From: Candidatus Cryosericum sp.
GTDB taxonomy: Bacteria; Caldisericota; Caldisericia; Cryosericales; Cryosericaceae
NCBI GenBank assembly: GCA_049699855.1
Contig: JBNAWM010000002.1
Location: forward strand, 30,458 to 60,004
Direction: 5' to 3'
Length of the DNA: 29,547 nucleotides
A model generated the notes under the pieces. The model had not been told where the DNA came from, ran no database searches, and was given only the letters and a program-made list of their open reading frames with translations. How positions within the stretch are numbered: position 1 is the first letter of the stretch; the number at the start of each line of letters is the position of its first letter. Positions 16,520-28,130 of this stretch are shown in pieces. Position numbers and translations under genes: made by a program.

Positions 16520-18076
16520 TTGGAAAACGGGTACATTCTTTCGATTGACTGTGGCACGCAGAGCGTACGAGGGTTGATATTCGATGATTGTGGTCATCTC
16601 GTGGCCAAGCACAAGGTGGAATTCGAGCCTTATATGTCCCCAGTTCCGGGTTACGCAGAGCACCCGGCAGAGGACTACTGGCGGGACACCTGCCTGGCTC
16701 TGCAGGAACTGAAACGCGAGTCTCCGGGGGCGTGGAGCCGCATATCGGCAGTGGCGGTAACGACCCAGCGCGACACGGTGGTCGCTCTTGATGCGGATGG
16801 CGTTCCGCTTCGACCCGCGATTGTCTGGCTGGATCAGCGCATGGCACGCTGTGAAAAGCCGATGCCTCTTGCGGACCGGCTTCAATTCAGGCTTGTTGGA
16901 ATGACCACAGCCGTCGAGATTACGAGACGTAAGGGCAAAGACAATTGGATGGCCGAAAATGAGCCCGAGTTGTGGGCACGCACAAGAAAATGGCTTCTGC
17001 TGTCCGGGTACTTCTCATTTCGACTTACCGGCAGGTATGTGGACTCCGTTGCGTCTCAGATTGGTCATACGCCGTTTGACTATCATACCCGAACGTGGCC
17101 AAGGAGTGACAGCAGCTGGCGCTGGCACATGTGTAGTGCGCGGCGTGACCAGATGCCGGAGCTCGTTGAAGCGGGAGAACAAATGGGGACAGTTTCGTCC
17201 AGGGCAGCCAGCGAGACCGGCATTCCCGAGGGGACGCCGGTCATTGCTGCCGGTTCCGACAAGGGATGTGAAACACTGGGTGTGGGATGCGTGGATGAGA
17301 CAAGCGTGAGCTTGAGTTTTGGCACGACAGCGACTGCCCAGACGACATCGGCGAGGTACTTCGAACCGATACCATTCATGCCACCATATCCCGCGAGTAT
17401 TAAGAAAAGTTACAATCCGGAGGTCGAGATATTTCGAGGCTACTGGATGGTAAGCTGGTTCAAGAAAGAGTTTGCAGGCCGGGAAGCGTTGGAGGCAGAG
17501 CAGCGCGGTGTTCCTCCGGAAGTCGTGCTTGACGAGCATCTTGAGGATGTGCCTCCAGGAGCGCAAGGCTTGATGCTTCAACCGTACTGGGGGGCCGGTC
17601 TCAAGATGCCTGAGGCGAAAGGCGCGATGATCGGGTTCGGCGACGTTCACACCAGAGCGCACATCTACCGGGCGATTATCGAAGGAATCGGATATGGTCT
17701 GCTTGAGGGAGTCGAGCGCATTGAGCGCAAGAGCGGGAAGAAGGTAAGCAGGATCATGGTCTCAGGAGGGGGCTCCCAGAGCGATGCCATCTGCCAGATC
17801 ACTGCTGATCTCTTCAATCGGCCGGTGGTGCGAAGTGAGACGTATGAGACATCGGGTCTGGGTGCCGCCATCAACGGTTTCGTCGGAATTGGTGTGTATG
17901 CGACACACGAAGAGGCGGTCAAGAAAATGGTTCACTGGGACAGCACATTCCTGCCGCGGCCGGAAGCAGCGCATATCTACCACGAGCTGTACGAGGGGGT
18001 CTACAAGCGTATCTATCAGGCACTGCGCCCGCTGTACCGCGAGATTCAAAGGATAACGGGATATCCCGACATCTGA
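16520..18076 (+). CDS. FGGY-family carbohydrate kinase (~518 aa)
   Basis: SIDCGTQSVR, AIVWLDQR, GSDKG, SFGTTA, RAIIEG, SGGGSQS, GLGAA. GGGAGG before the TTG at 16520. Confidence 0.92.
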   Translation: MENGYILSIDCGTQSVRGLIFDDCGHLVAKHKVEFEPYMSPVPGYAEHPAEDYWRDTCLALQELKRESPGAWSRISAVAVTTQRDTVVALDADGVPLRPAIVWLDQRMARCEKPMPLADRLQFRLVGMTTAVEITRRKGKDNWMAENEPELWARTRKWLLLSGYFSFRLTGRYVDSVASQIGHTPFDYHTRTWPRSDSSWRWHMCSARRDQMPELVEAGEQMGTVSSRAASETGIPEGTPVIAAGSDKGCETLGVGCVDETSVSLSFGTTATAQTTSARYFEPIPFMPPYPASIKKSYNPEVEIFRGYWMVSWFKKEFAGREALEAEQRGVPPEVVLDEHLEDVPPGAQGLMLQPYWGAGLKMPEAKGAMIGFGDVHTRAHIYRAIIEGIGYGLLEGVERIERKSGKKVSRIMVSGGGSQSDAICQITADLFNRPVVRSETYETSGLGAAINGFVGIGVYATHEEAVKKMVHWDSTFLPRPEAAHIYHELYEGVYKRIYQALRPLYREIQRITGYPDI

Positions 18077-18113
18077 GAGCCGCTGCAGCAACCTTTGCAG
18101 AAGAGTCCGTGCC

Positions 18114-21198
<3,085 letters not shown>

Positions 21199-21237
21199 TT
21201 GGAAACTTGGAGTGACATGGTGCGTCTCAGAGGGTTT

Positions 21238-21681
21238 TCAGTGACTTCCGGGCAAGAGATTGCGGAGCCATGTTCCCAGTGCCCTCGCGTCAAGTGGAGG
21301 CAGGAATGCAAAGAGAGGCTCCATCAAGGGATAGATCCGGCTCTTGTTCACCAGTGTGGCCGACCATGAGACCGGGAGAAGATGCACAACAAATCCCAGC
21401 AAGAGCGAGGCAATGAGGATCTTGACCAGTGAAGAGAGGATGATAGCCGGAACTGCGATCAGGACATACAGCAGCAGGTAGGTGAGGATGTAATAGACGA
21501 CTGTCGCCAGACCCTGATTTGGCAGTTTGAGAAAGGTGACGTAGTAAGGAGTGAGTGATGCCGTCAGGAGCGCGGAAAGAGCTATAGCAACAAGCGATAT
21601 TCCTATCCTGCCCTGTTTCGCAAATAGGTCTCGAGCAACAATGACTGCTATGAGAATGGCAAGGAAGGTATCGAACAGCAC
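21238..21681 (-). CDS. Small multi-TM membrane protein, CvpA-like (147 aa)
   Basis: About four hydrophobic segments, N-terminal FD-x-hydrophobic start and a C-terminal KSRIYPL amphipathic tail reminiscent of CvpA. GGAGG before the GTG. It lacks the usual DRxLG motif, so the family call is tentative. Confidence 0.55.
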   Translation of the reverse strand: MLFDTFLAILIAVIVARDLFAKQGRIGISLVAIALSALLTASLTPYYVTFLKLPNQGLATVVYYILTYLLLYVLIAVPAIILSSLVKILIASLLLGFVVHLLPVSWSATLVNKSRIYPLMEPLFAFLPPLDARALGTWLRNLLPGSH

Positions 21682-21723
21682 GGTATGCCTCCAGCAGGGC
21701 TCATTGGATCTCCTGCTGGTACC

Positions 21724-21751
21724 ATCATACAGTGTTGGAGAACTTCAGCAA
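21724..21751 (-). promoter_or_regulatory. Putative promoter of the CvpA-like gene
   Basis: TTGCTG-N16-TATGAT. Confidence 0.45.
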
Positions 21752-21779
21752 GATGTGATACAATCTGTTACGAGAATCA

Positions 21780-21807
21780 TTGGTTGAGGCCGGCTTTCCC
21801 GTATAAT
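21780..21807 (+). promoter_or_regulatory. Putative promoter of the Yip1-like/pcrA unit
   Basis: Perfect TATAAT at 21802-21807 with a weak TTGGTT 16 bp upstream. Confidence 0.5.
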
Positions 21808-21893
21808 ATCATGAAGAGCAAGTTCTTTGACGGCAGTACGCGGTCGTGGGCAGTGCGTTCGGGCCGTGCGCCGGATGTGAAAAGGAGACGAGT

Positions 21894-22490
21894 GTGGGGT
21901 ATTTCATCGATCTGCTGTGGTTGTACGTGACACGTCCCGCCGAGGGCATGCGCCAAATCCGCAAGCGCCCATCCGTACTGGTGGCGATGATCGCGCTGCT
22001 GTTGACGGGTGTCATCGACGCTGTGAGTTTTCGCCTGCTTGACGTTGCAAGCATTCTCAAATCGGCCGGATTTACGAGTCAGATGATTGAGAATGTGGCA
22101 AAGGTTCAGCAGGCGCCAGGAACCTTTTGGACGTTTGTAACGGAGCCATTCCTGTTAGTGATGCTGTCCACTGCGATCATCGATGCTGTTGCGCGGTTGG
22201 TCTGGAAGCGCAGTGCAGTGCCGGCCTTATATACGTCTCTCAGTATCTCAGGATTGGTAGGAGCTGCATTGCGCCTGGCCGGCCTGTTGACAGAGGGAAT
22301 CGCGGGTGGCGTGATCCTTGATGTGTGCGCCTATGGGGCCATGGTCTACGTGTTTGTGATCGGCGTTCTGGCCGTGAAGTCCTTCTACGAAAAGAGCACG
22401 GTACGGGCTGTCGCCCTGTATCTCCTGCCGACGTTGCTCGGGATTGGCCTTCTCGTTCTCCTCACTATTGCGGCAGGCGGAGCAGCCTGA
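21894..22490 (+). CDS. Yip1-like integral membrane protein (~198 aa)
   Basis: N-terminal VTRPAEGMRQIRKRPS pattern, about five TM segments, and a penultimate KSFYEKSTVRAV loop typical of prokaryotic Yip1 domains. AAGGAG 6 nt before the GTG at 21894. Confidence 0.7.
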   Translation: MGYFIDLLWLYVTRPAEGMRQIRKRPSVLVAMIALLLTGVIDAVSFRLLDVASILKSAGFTSQMIENVAKVQQAPGTFWTFVTEPFLLVMLSTAIIDAVARLVWKRSAVPALYTSLSISGLVGAALRLAGLLTEGIAGGVILDVCAYGAMVYVFVIGVLAVKSFYEKSTVRAVALYLLPTLLGIGLLVLLTIAAGGAA

Positions 22491-24613
22491 TGGTTCTGGA
22501 TTTCGAAGGCGATCTCAACCCTGAACAGCTCAGGGCTGTTGAGGCGTGCAAAGGTCCCTGCCTTGTGCTCGCAGGAGCCGGATCGGGGAAGACGCGGGTG
22601 ATCACCTACAAACTCGCATACCTCATTGCCAAGCGTGGCATTGCGCCGTCGCATATCATGGCTGTCACCTTTACCAACAAGGCAGCAGGCGAGATGCGTT
22701 CCAGGGTGGATGCGCTGTTAGGCACTGACTTGGCCCGGAAGGGTCTCTGGATTGGAACCTTTCACTCTCTTTGCGGCCGCATCTTGCGGGAACAGATTGA
22801 AAAGCTTGATCTGGGCTACAACAAGAGGTTCGTCATCATCGATGAGGATGACCGAACTCGTCTGGTAAGGCAGATCCTCAAAGAGCTGAACATGGATCCG
22901 AAGACGTACGAACCCCAGAAGATTGTCTATCGCATCTCGGATGCCAAGTCCAATCTTGTTGGGCCTGAAGAGCTGTCTGACTATGGCTACAGCTACATTG
23001 AAAAGGCAACCGCGACAGTCTATAAGCTGTATCAGAAACGTCTTCAGGAAGGCAACCTGCTGGACTTCGATGATCTTATCGGGTTGGTCATTCAGCTGTT
23101 CAAGGCGCGCCCCGAGGTTCAGGAATACTACGCGTCGAAGTTCGAGCAAATTCTCGTGGACGAGTACCAGGACGTGAACAAGATGCAGTATGAACTGATC
23201 AAGAGGCTGTCGAGGATCCATGGAAACGTTACTGTCGTGGGTGACGACGATCAGAGCATCTATGCATTCCGAGGTGCCAACAGCAAGCTCATTCTTGGAT
23301 TTGAGAAGGACTACCCGGGAGCGGCGGTCATCAAGCTGGAACAGAACTATCGGTCAACGCAGTCCATCCTTGATGCCGCGAATTCGCTGGTTTCGCGCAA
23401 CCGCGCCCGCTACTCCAAGAAACTTTGGACAGACAATGGTCCTGGAGCCCCTGTGCACCTCTTCGAAGCGATGAATCCCGAGGAAGAGGCAAGCTTGGTG
23501 GCTTCTCGCATTGAAGCCTTGGTGCGGGCTGGGACCGAACCTCGTGACGTGGCCGTCATTTATAGGATGAACAGCCAGTCGCGTGTCATCGAGGAGGCTC
23601 TGCTGGCATCGGGCATTCCCTATCAGATTGTTGGGGGATTGAAGTTTTACGAACGGCAGGAAGTCAAGGATGTTCTCGCATATCTGCGGCTTGGCTTCAA
23701 TCCGAGTGACAACCTTGCCTTCGAACGTGCAGTGAGCAGGCCGGTACGCGGCTTTGGCGACAAGAGCCTGGCCGAGGTGAAGCAGCTGGCGGCAGAGAGA
23801 GGAACCGCATGGTTCGCGGCTCTGCAGGAGTGGAGCGGAGAACTGAAGCCGTGCAAGACCAAGGAAAAGCTGGACACATTCTCTGGTTTGATAGCACAGA
23901 TCGGCGCTGCAAGCGAGTCTGCCATCGACGCGGTCAGCCTCGTCTTCAATTCCTCAGGATTGCTCGAGCAGTACAAACAGGAGGACGAGGCGGCTGACTT
24001 TGAGTTGCAGTCGAAGCGCGAGAACCTTGAAGAACTGCTGCGTACGGTCGAGGAATTTCATAGCATGAGTATTGATCATTCGCTGGGAGCATACCTCTCG
24101 CAGGTGGCCCTTCTACAGGATCAGGACAGCTTGAAGCCCGATGCTGGCAGGGGAGTTCTGTTGATCACTGCTCACTCAGCCAAAGGGTTGGAGTTTGGCC
24201 ATGTCTTTGTCGTCGGAGTCGAAGAGGGGGTCTTTCCACACCGTCGTGCCCTGGACAGCAGCGCTGACATCGAAGAAGAGCGGCGGTTGTTCTACGTGGC
24301 TTGTACGCGTGCCCGGAAGGAGCTTTCCATATCGTATTGCACGCAGCGCTCCAGTTACTACGGCTCTGGCTTTCAGGAACCGTCTCGCTTCATCAAGGAG
24401 ATGGAACTGACAAGAGAGAAAGCTGGTGAGGTGCTGACCTCTCGCGAACGCGTTGAACTCATAGATGGCGATACGGTGATGCACAACGTCTTTGGTGTCG
24501 GGAAAGTTCTCGAGGTATTCTATGAAGGGAATGACCAGTACGTTGTCGTCGACTTCAAGAAGGTTGGCATCAAGAAGCTGGTGGCACAGTATGCTCAGCT
24601 GAAGAGGGTGTAG
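22490..24613 (+). CDS. pcrA: ATP-dependent DNA helicase PcrA/UvrD (707 aa)
   Basis: LNPEQ, AGAGSGKT, TFTNKAA, VDEYQD, GDDDQSIYAFRGA, NYRS, HSAKGLEF, EERRLFYVACTRA, and a C-terminal Tudor-like domain (VMHNVFGVGKV). The ATG overlaps the upstream TGA. Confidence 0.97.
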   Translation: MVLDFEGDLNPEQLRAVEACKGPCLVLAGAGSGKTRVITYKLAYLIAKRGIAPSHIMAVTFTNKAAGEMRSRVDALLGTDLARKGLWIGTFHSLCGRILREQIEKLDLGYNKRFVIIDEDDRTRLVRQILKELNMDPKTYEPQKIVYRISDAKSNLVGPEELSDYGYSYIEKATATVYKLYQKRLQEGNLLDFDDLIGLVIQLFKARPEVQEYYASKFEQILVDEYQDVNKMQYELIKRLSRIHGNVTVVGDDDQSIYAFRGANSKLILGFEKDYPGAAVIKLEQNYRSTQSILDAANSLVSRNRARYSKKLWTDNGPGAPVHLFEAMNPEEEASLVASRIEALVRAGTEPRDVAVIYRMNSQSRVIEEALLASGIPYQIVGGLKFYERQEVKDVLAYLRLGFNPSDNLAFERAVSRPVRGFGDKSLAEVKQLAAERGTAWFAALQEWSGELKPCKTKEKLDTFSGLIAQIGAASESAIDAVSLVFNSSGLLEQYKQEDEAADFELQSKRENLEELLRTVEEFHSMSIDHSLGAYLSQVALLQDQDSLKPDAGRGVLLITAHSAKGLEFGHVFVVGVEEGVFPHRRALDSSADIEEERRLFYVACTRARKELSISYCTQRSSYYGSGFQEPSRFIKEMELTREKAGEVLTSRERVELIDGDTVMHNVFGVGKVLEVFYEGNDQYVVVDFKKVGIKKLVAQYAQLKRV

Positions 24614-24657
24614 CGGGTATACCGGTTTGGTTTCGGAGAGCGGGGGATACCTGCGTC

Positions 24658-24685
24658 TTGAAGTGTGCACGCATGCGTCTACAAT
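24658..24685 (+). promoter_or_regulatory. Putative promoter of nfeD-SPFH
   Basis: TTGAAG-N16-TACAAT; the spacer contains the palindrome ACGCATGCGT. Confidence 0.55.
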
Positions 24686-24732
24686 GAGTTTATGCCGCAT
24701 GACAAGCAAGATCCTGATATGGGGAGGTGGTC

Positions 24733-25161
24733 ATGGTTGGTTTCTGGATTACGATGGCAGTTGCCTGTGCCGTAGTAGACGCTTTTCTTCCCTACTATCT
24801 GTTGATCTGGTTTTCAGGTGGAGCGGCGGCTGCGCTGTTATTTGAGTGGGCCGGGTTCAACACCTCGGTGCAGTTCCTGGTGTTTTTCCTGGTATCGTTT
24901 GCGCTCATGGCACTGGTTGGGCGCTACATCAACTCGCGTTTGCTGAGAGGTGGTTCCAAGATGCGAACGAACACGGAGGAAATGATCGGCAAGACTGCCA
25001 GCGTTGTTATGGCTATTCCTGCTGGCGGGGCAGGGCGCGTGGCTCTCAAGGGTACAACGTGGCGGGCCGTCATGACAGACGAGAATGCCAGTGCCGCGGT
25101 TGGTGAGAAAGTTGTTGTCGTCTCGATTGAAGGTGTCACCTTTACCGTGAGAAAGGAATAG
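24733..25161 (+). CDS. Short NfeD-family protein (YbbJ-like, 142 aa)
   Basis: N-terminal TM region, then MIGKTASV...GRVALKGTTWRA...GEKVVVVSIEGVTFTV OB-fold. GGAGGTG before the ATG at 24733. Adjacent to an SPFH gene. Confidence 0.92.
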   Translation: MVGFWITMAVACAVVDAFLPYYLLIWFSGGAAAALLFEWAGFNTSVQFLVFFLVSFALMALVGRYINSRLLRGGSKMRTNTEEMIGKTASVVMAIPAGGAGRVALKGTTWRAVMTDENASAAVGEKVVVVSIEGVTFTVRKE

Positions 25162-25170
25162 GAGGTACTC

Positions 25171-26130
25171 ATGCCATCCACATTCAACTGGTCCATTATC
25201 TGGTGGATCGTTGGCATCGCGGTCGTTCTCATTTTTGCGCTGCGATACATCATCATTGTCCGCCAGAGCACTGCCGTTATTGTCGAACGACTTGGCAAGT
25301 TCAGCAGAGAGTTGAAACCCGGTCTCCATTTCCTGATTCCGATCCTCGACAGCGTGAGAGCAACTGTTGACCTTCGCGAACAGGCATGGGACTATCCACC
25401 TCAGGCGGTCATCACCAAAGACAACGTTCCGACCAGCATCGACATCGTGCTGTACTACTACATCACGGACCCTGTGAAATCTGTCTATGAGGTTCGCAAC
25501 CTCAACGAGGCTATCCTCAAGTTGACGATGACGTCCATTCGCAACATCTCGGGCAGTCTAAACCTTGATGAACTGCTGGTGTCTCGTGAGAGCGTCAACA
25601 ATGAGCTGACACAGATCGTCGACGTAGCCACTGACCCCTGGGGTGTCAAGGTCACTCGGGCAGAGATCAAGGCTGTCAATCCGCCGGCCGAGATTCTTGA
25701 GGCCATGACGAGGCAGATGAAGGCTGAGCGCAGCAAACGTGCCGTCATCCTTGAGGCCGAGGGATTCAAAGAAGCTGAGATCAATAAAGCCGAAGGTGAG
25801 AAGCAGGCGGCGATCCTTCGTGCTGAAGGCGACCGTCAGCAGAGAATCCTGACGGCAGAAGGCGAGGCTCAGGCGCTTGTCACTGTTGCGAACGCCCGAA
25901 AAGAAGCGACGATTGCGTATTTTCAGGGCATCCACGAAGGCGGGGCCTCACAGGACGTCTTGGCCCTGAAGTACATGGAGACCCTTGAAGCTATAAGCGC
26001 GAATCCTTCCAACAAGGTGTTCCTGCCCTATGAAAGCAGTGCTCTCATGGGGAGTCTGGGCACCATCAAGGAACTCTTTAAGGACGCGAATGCTCCAGCT
26101 GTCTCGGTGCCGGAAGTGAAAGGAAAGTAG
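25171..26130 (+). CDS. SPFH/band-7 stomatin-like protein (QmcA-like, 319 aa)
   Basis: IVERLGKF, PGLHFLIP, VITKDNV, WGVKVTRAEIK, QMKAERSKRA and AEG repeats. Confidence 0.96.
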   Translation: MPSTFNWSIIWWIVGIAVVLIFALRYIIIVRQSTAVIVERLGKFSRELKPGLHFLIPILDSVRATVDLREQAWDYPPQAVITKDNVPTSIDIVLYYYITDPVKSVYEVRNLNEAILKLTMTSIRNISGSLNLDELLVSRESVNNELTQIVDVATDPWGVKVTRAEIKAVNPPAEILEAMTRQMKAERSKRAVILEAEGFKEAEINKAEGEKQAAILRAEGDRQQRILTAEGEAQALVTVANARKEATIAYFQGIHEGGASQDVLALKYMETLEAISANPSNKVFLPYESSALMGSLGTIKELFKDANAPAVSVPEVKGK

Positions 26131-26151
26131 TACTCTGCTTGGAGTGTGAAC

Positions 26152-26184
26152 AGCCTCCGGTCGGAAGCGGCCGGGGGCTTTTTT
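26152..26184 (+). terminator. Intrinsic terminator of nfeD-SPFH
   Basis: 12-bp stem AGCCTCCGGTCG/CGGCCGGGGGCT (two G-U pairs), GAAG loop, then a T-run. Confidence 0.88.
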
Positions 26185-26216
26185 CTTCAGGATTCCTTAC
26201 AAAAGCGACTGAGGTG

Positions 26217-26244
26217 TTGCTTTTTTTCTGCTCTTTGTTAGCAT
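26217..26244 (+). promoter_or_regulatory. Putative promoter of the opp operon
   Basis: TTGCTT-N16-TAGCAT with an extended -10 TGn. Confidence 0.45.
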
Positions 26245-26297
26245 GAGTGATAGCCGCACATGCGACAAATCGAGTTTAAACACGGGGAGGTTAGAGT

Positions 26298-28013
26298 ATG
26301 AGGCGAGTTCTGTCGGTTGTTTTGATGGTAGCGCTGATTGCCGCAAGCCTTGTTGGGACAGTTTCGTGCAGCAGCGGTACCGCGAACAAGACGGTTGCTC
26401 AAGAGGTGACGTACAACTTGGCAACCGAGCCTGCAACTATTGATCCGGCCCTTTCGCAGGGTATTCCGGAAGCCAATGTCATCCTTCAGGTTTTTGACGG
26501 GCTCACACGCATTGACCAGAATAACATGCCTCAACCGGCAATTGCGAAGAGCTGGAAGATCTCTGATGATCAGAAGACGTATACGTTCACGCTGCGCGAT
26601 GCCCAGTGGACCAATGGAACCCCGGTCACGGCTTATGACTTCGAGTATGCATGGATTCGCGCTCTTGCGCCGGAGACAGCCGCCGAGTATGCCTATCAGC
26701 TCTACTACGTGAAAGGCGGCGAGGCATTCAACATGTCGGTAAAGGTGGGCGACAAGTACTATGTCCAGGCTGTCGACGCCAAAGGAAACCCCGTTACAAA
26801 GAAAGAGGGGGACAAGGATGTTGCCGTTCCCGACATGACAAAAGAGATCGTACCGAGCAGAGATGTGGGCGTCAAGGCACTGGATGACAAGACGCTGCAG
26901 GTGACGCTTGAATCTCCTACGATCTACTTCCTCAACCTTACGGCGTTTCCAACGCTGATGCCTGTCTGCAAGGCTGTTGTCAGCGCGAACGACAAGTGGG
27001 CCGCTGATGTGACGAACTTCGTCACCGACGGACCGTTCACCCTTACCGAGTGGTCACACAATGACAAGATGACTTTTGTCAAGAACCCGACCTACTGGGA
27101 CAAGGATGCAGTCAAGCTTACCAAGATCACGTACTTGATGGTGACTGATGAGTCAACCGCCCTGTCGATGTTCCAGAACGGGCAGATGGATGTAGGTTCG
27201 ACCGTGCCGCTCTCTGAGCTGCCCAAACTGGTTGCTTCGGGCGACGCCAAGATCTTCCCGTACCTCGGCACCTATTACTACATGTTCAATGTCACCAAGA
27301 AGCCGTTTAATGATGTGCGCGTGCGCAAGGCGTTGACGCTGGCAATCGATCGCAATGCCATCACAACGTCGATAACGCAGGGTGGGGAAGTTCCAGCCCT
27401 GGCGTATGTCCCCTACGGAATTCCAGATGCCACTGCGGGAAGTGATTTCCGCAAGGTTGGAGGAACGTTCTACAAAGACAACGACATTACCGAAGCCAAA
27501 GCATTGCTGGCCGAGGCTGGCTATCCTGATGGAAAGGGATTCCCGGCGTTCACGATCCTGTACAATACCTCGAGCCGCCACAAATCCATCGCTGAGGCGA
27601 TCCAGCAGATGTGGAAGACCAATCTGGGCATCGACTGCACCCTGAAAGTGGAGGAGTGGGGCGTCTATCTGGATGACCGGAACAATCTGAACTATCAGGT
27701 TGCGCGTGCAGGCTGGATCGGTGATTACATGGATCCCAACACATTCCTCGACATGTTCGTGACCAATGGCGGCAACAATGGGACCGGCTGGAGCAACAAG
27801 GCATATGATGCTGACATTGCCAAGGCCAAAACGACGACTGATCCGGCGGCGCGCATGGCAACTCTGCACGATGCCGAGAAGATCCTCATGACGGATATGC
27901 CGATCATGCCCGTGTACTTCTACACGAACCCTGTCCTGATCACGAGTCACGTCAAGAACTTCTATCAGTCGACTCTTGGATTTGTTGACTGGAAGAACGC
28001 CTACATGGAGTAG
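26298..28013 (+). CDS. oppA: Oligopeptide ABC transporter substrate-binding protein (probable lipoprotein, 571 aa)
   Basis: Signal peptide ending TVSC; EPATIDP, YTFTLRDAQWTNGTPVTAYDF, KNPTYWD, VRVRKAL, RAGWIGDY. Confidence 0.96.
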   Translation: MRRVLSVVLMVALIAASLVGTVSCSSGTANKTVAQEVTYNLATEPATIDPALSQGIPEANVILQVFDGLTRIDQNNMPQPAIAKSWKISDDQKTYTFTLRDAQWTNGTPVTAYDFEYAWIRALAPETAAEYAYQLYYVKGGEAFNMSVKVGDKYYVQAVDAKGNPVTKKEGDKDVAVPDMTKEIVPSRDVGVKALDDKTLQVTLESPTIYFLNLTAFPTLMPVCKAVVSANDKWAADVTNFVTDGPFTLTEWSHNDKMTFVKNPTYWDKDAVKLTKITYLMVTDESTALSMFQNGQMDVGSTVPLSELPKLVASGDAKIFPYLGTYYYMFNVTKKPFNDVRVRKALTLAIDRNAITTSITQGGEVPALAYVPYGIPDATAGSDFRKVGGTFYKDNDITEAKALLAEAGYPDGKGFPAFTILYNTSSRHKSIAEAIQQMWKTNLGIDCTLKVEEWGVYLDDRNNLNYQVARAGWIGDYMDPNTFLDMFVTNGGNNGTGWSNKAYDADIAKAKTTTDPAARMATLHDAEKILMTDMPIMPVYFYTNPVLITSHVKNFYQSTLGFVDWKNAYME

Positions 28014-28068
28014 CACTCGGCAGAACCTAATGTCTGAGCGTACGACGTAGGGCAAGAAAAGAAGCGGA

Positions 28069-28098
28069 GCGGCTCTCCCCACAATGTCAGAGAGCCGC
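28069..28098 (+). other. Intercistronic stem-loop between oppA and oppB (mRNA stabiliser or partial terminator)
   Basis: Perfect 9-bp stem GCGGCTCTC/GAGAGCCGC followed by CCTTTAGTTTT. This is the typical position for raising binding-protein expression relative to the permeases. Confidence 0.65.
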
Positions 28099-28130
28099 CC
28101 TTTAGTTTTGGTGTGATCTACGGAGGTACT

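Noticed and set aside
21810..21893. GC-rich leader before the Yip1-like gene considered as a ZTP, ykkC or nhaA-type riboswitch
   Set aside because: The hallmark conserved sequences were not found.
22325..22489. 55-aa N-terminal extension of PcrA
   Set aside because: Lies inside the Yip1-like gene; the LNPEQ Q-motif and the TGATG overlap indicate a start at 22490.
27153..28082. 309-aa minus-strand ORF
   Set aside because: Antisense mirror of the codon-biased oppA, with no RBS or recognisable domain.
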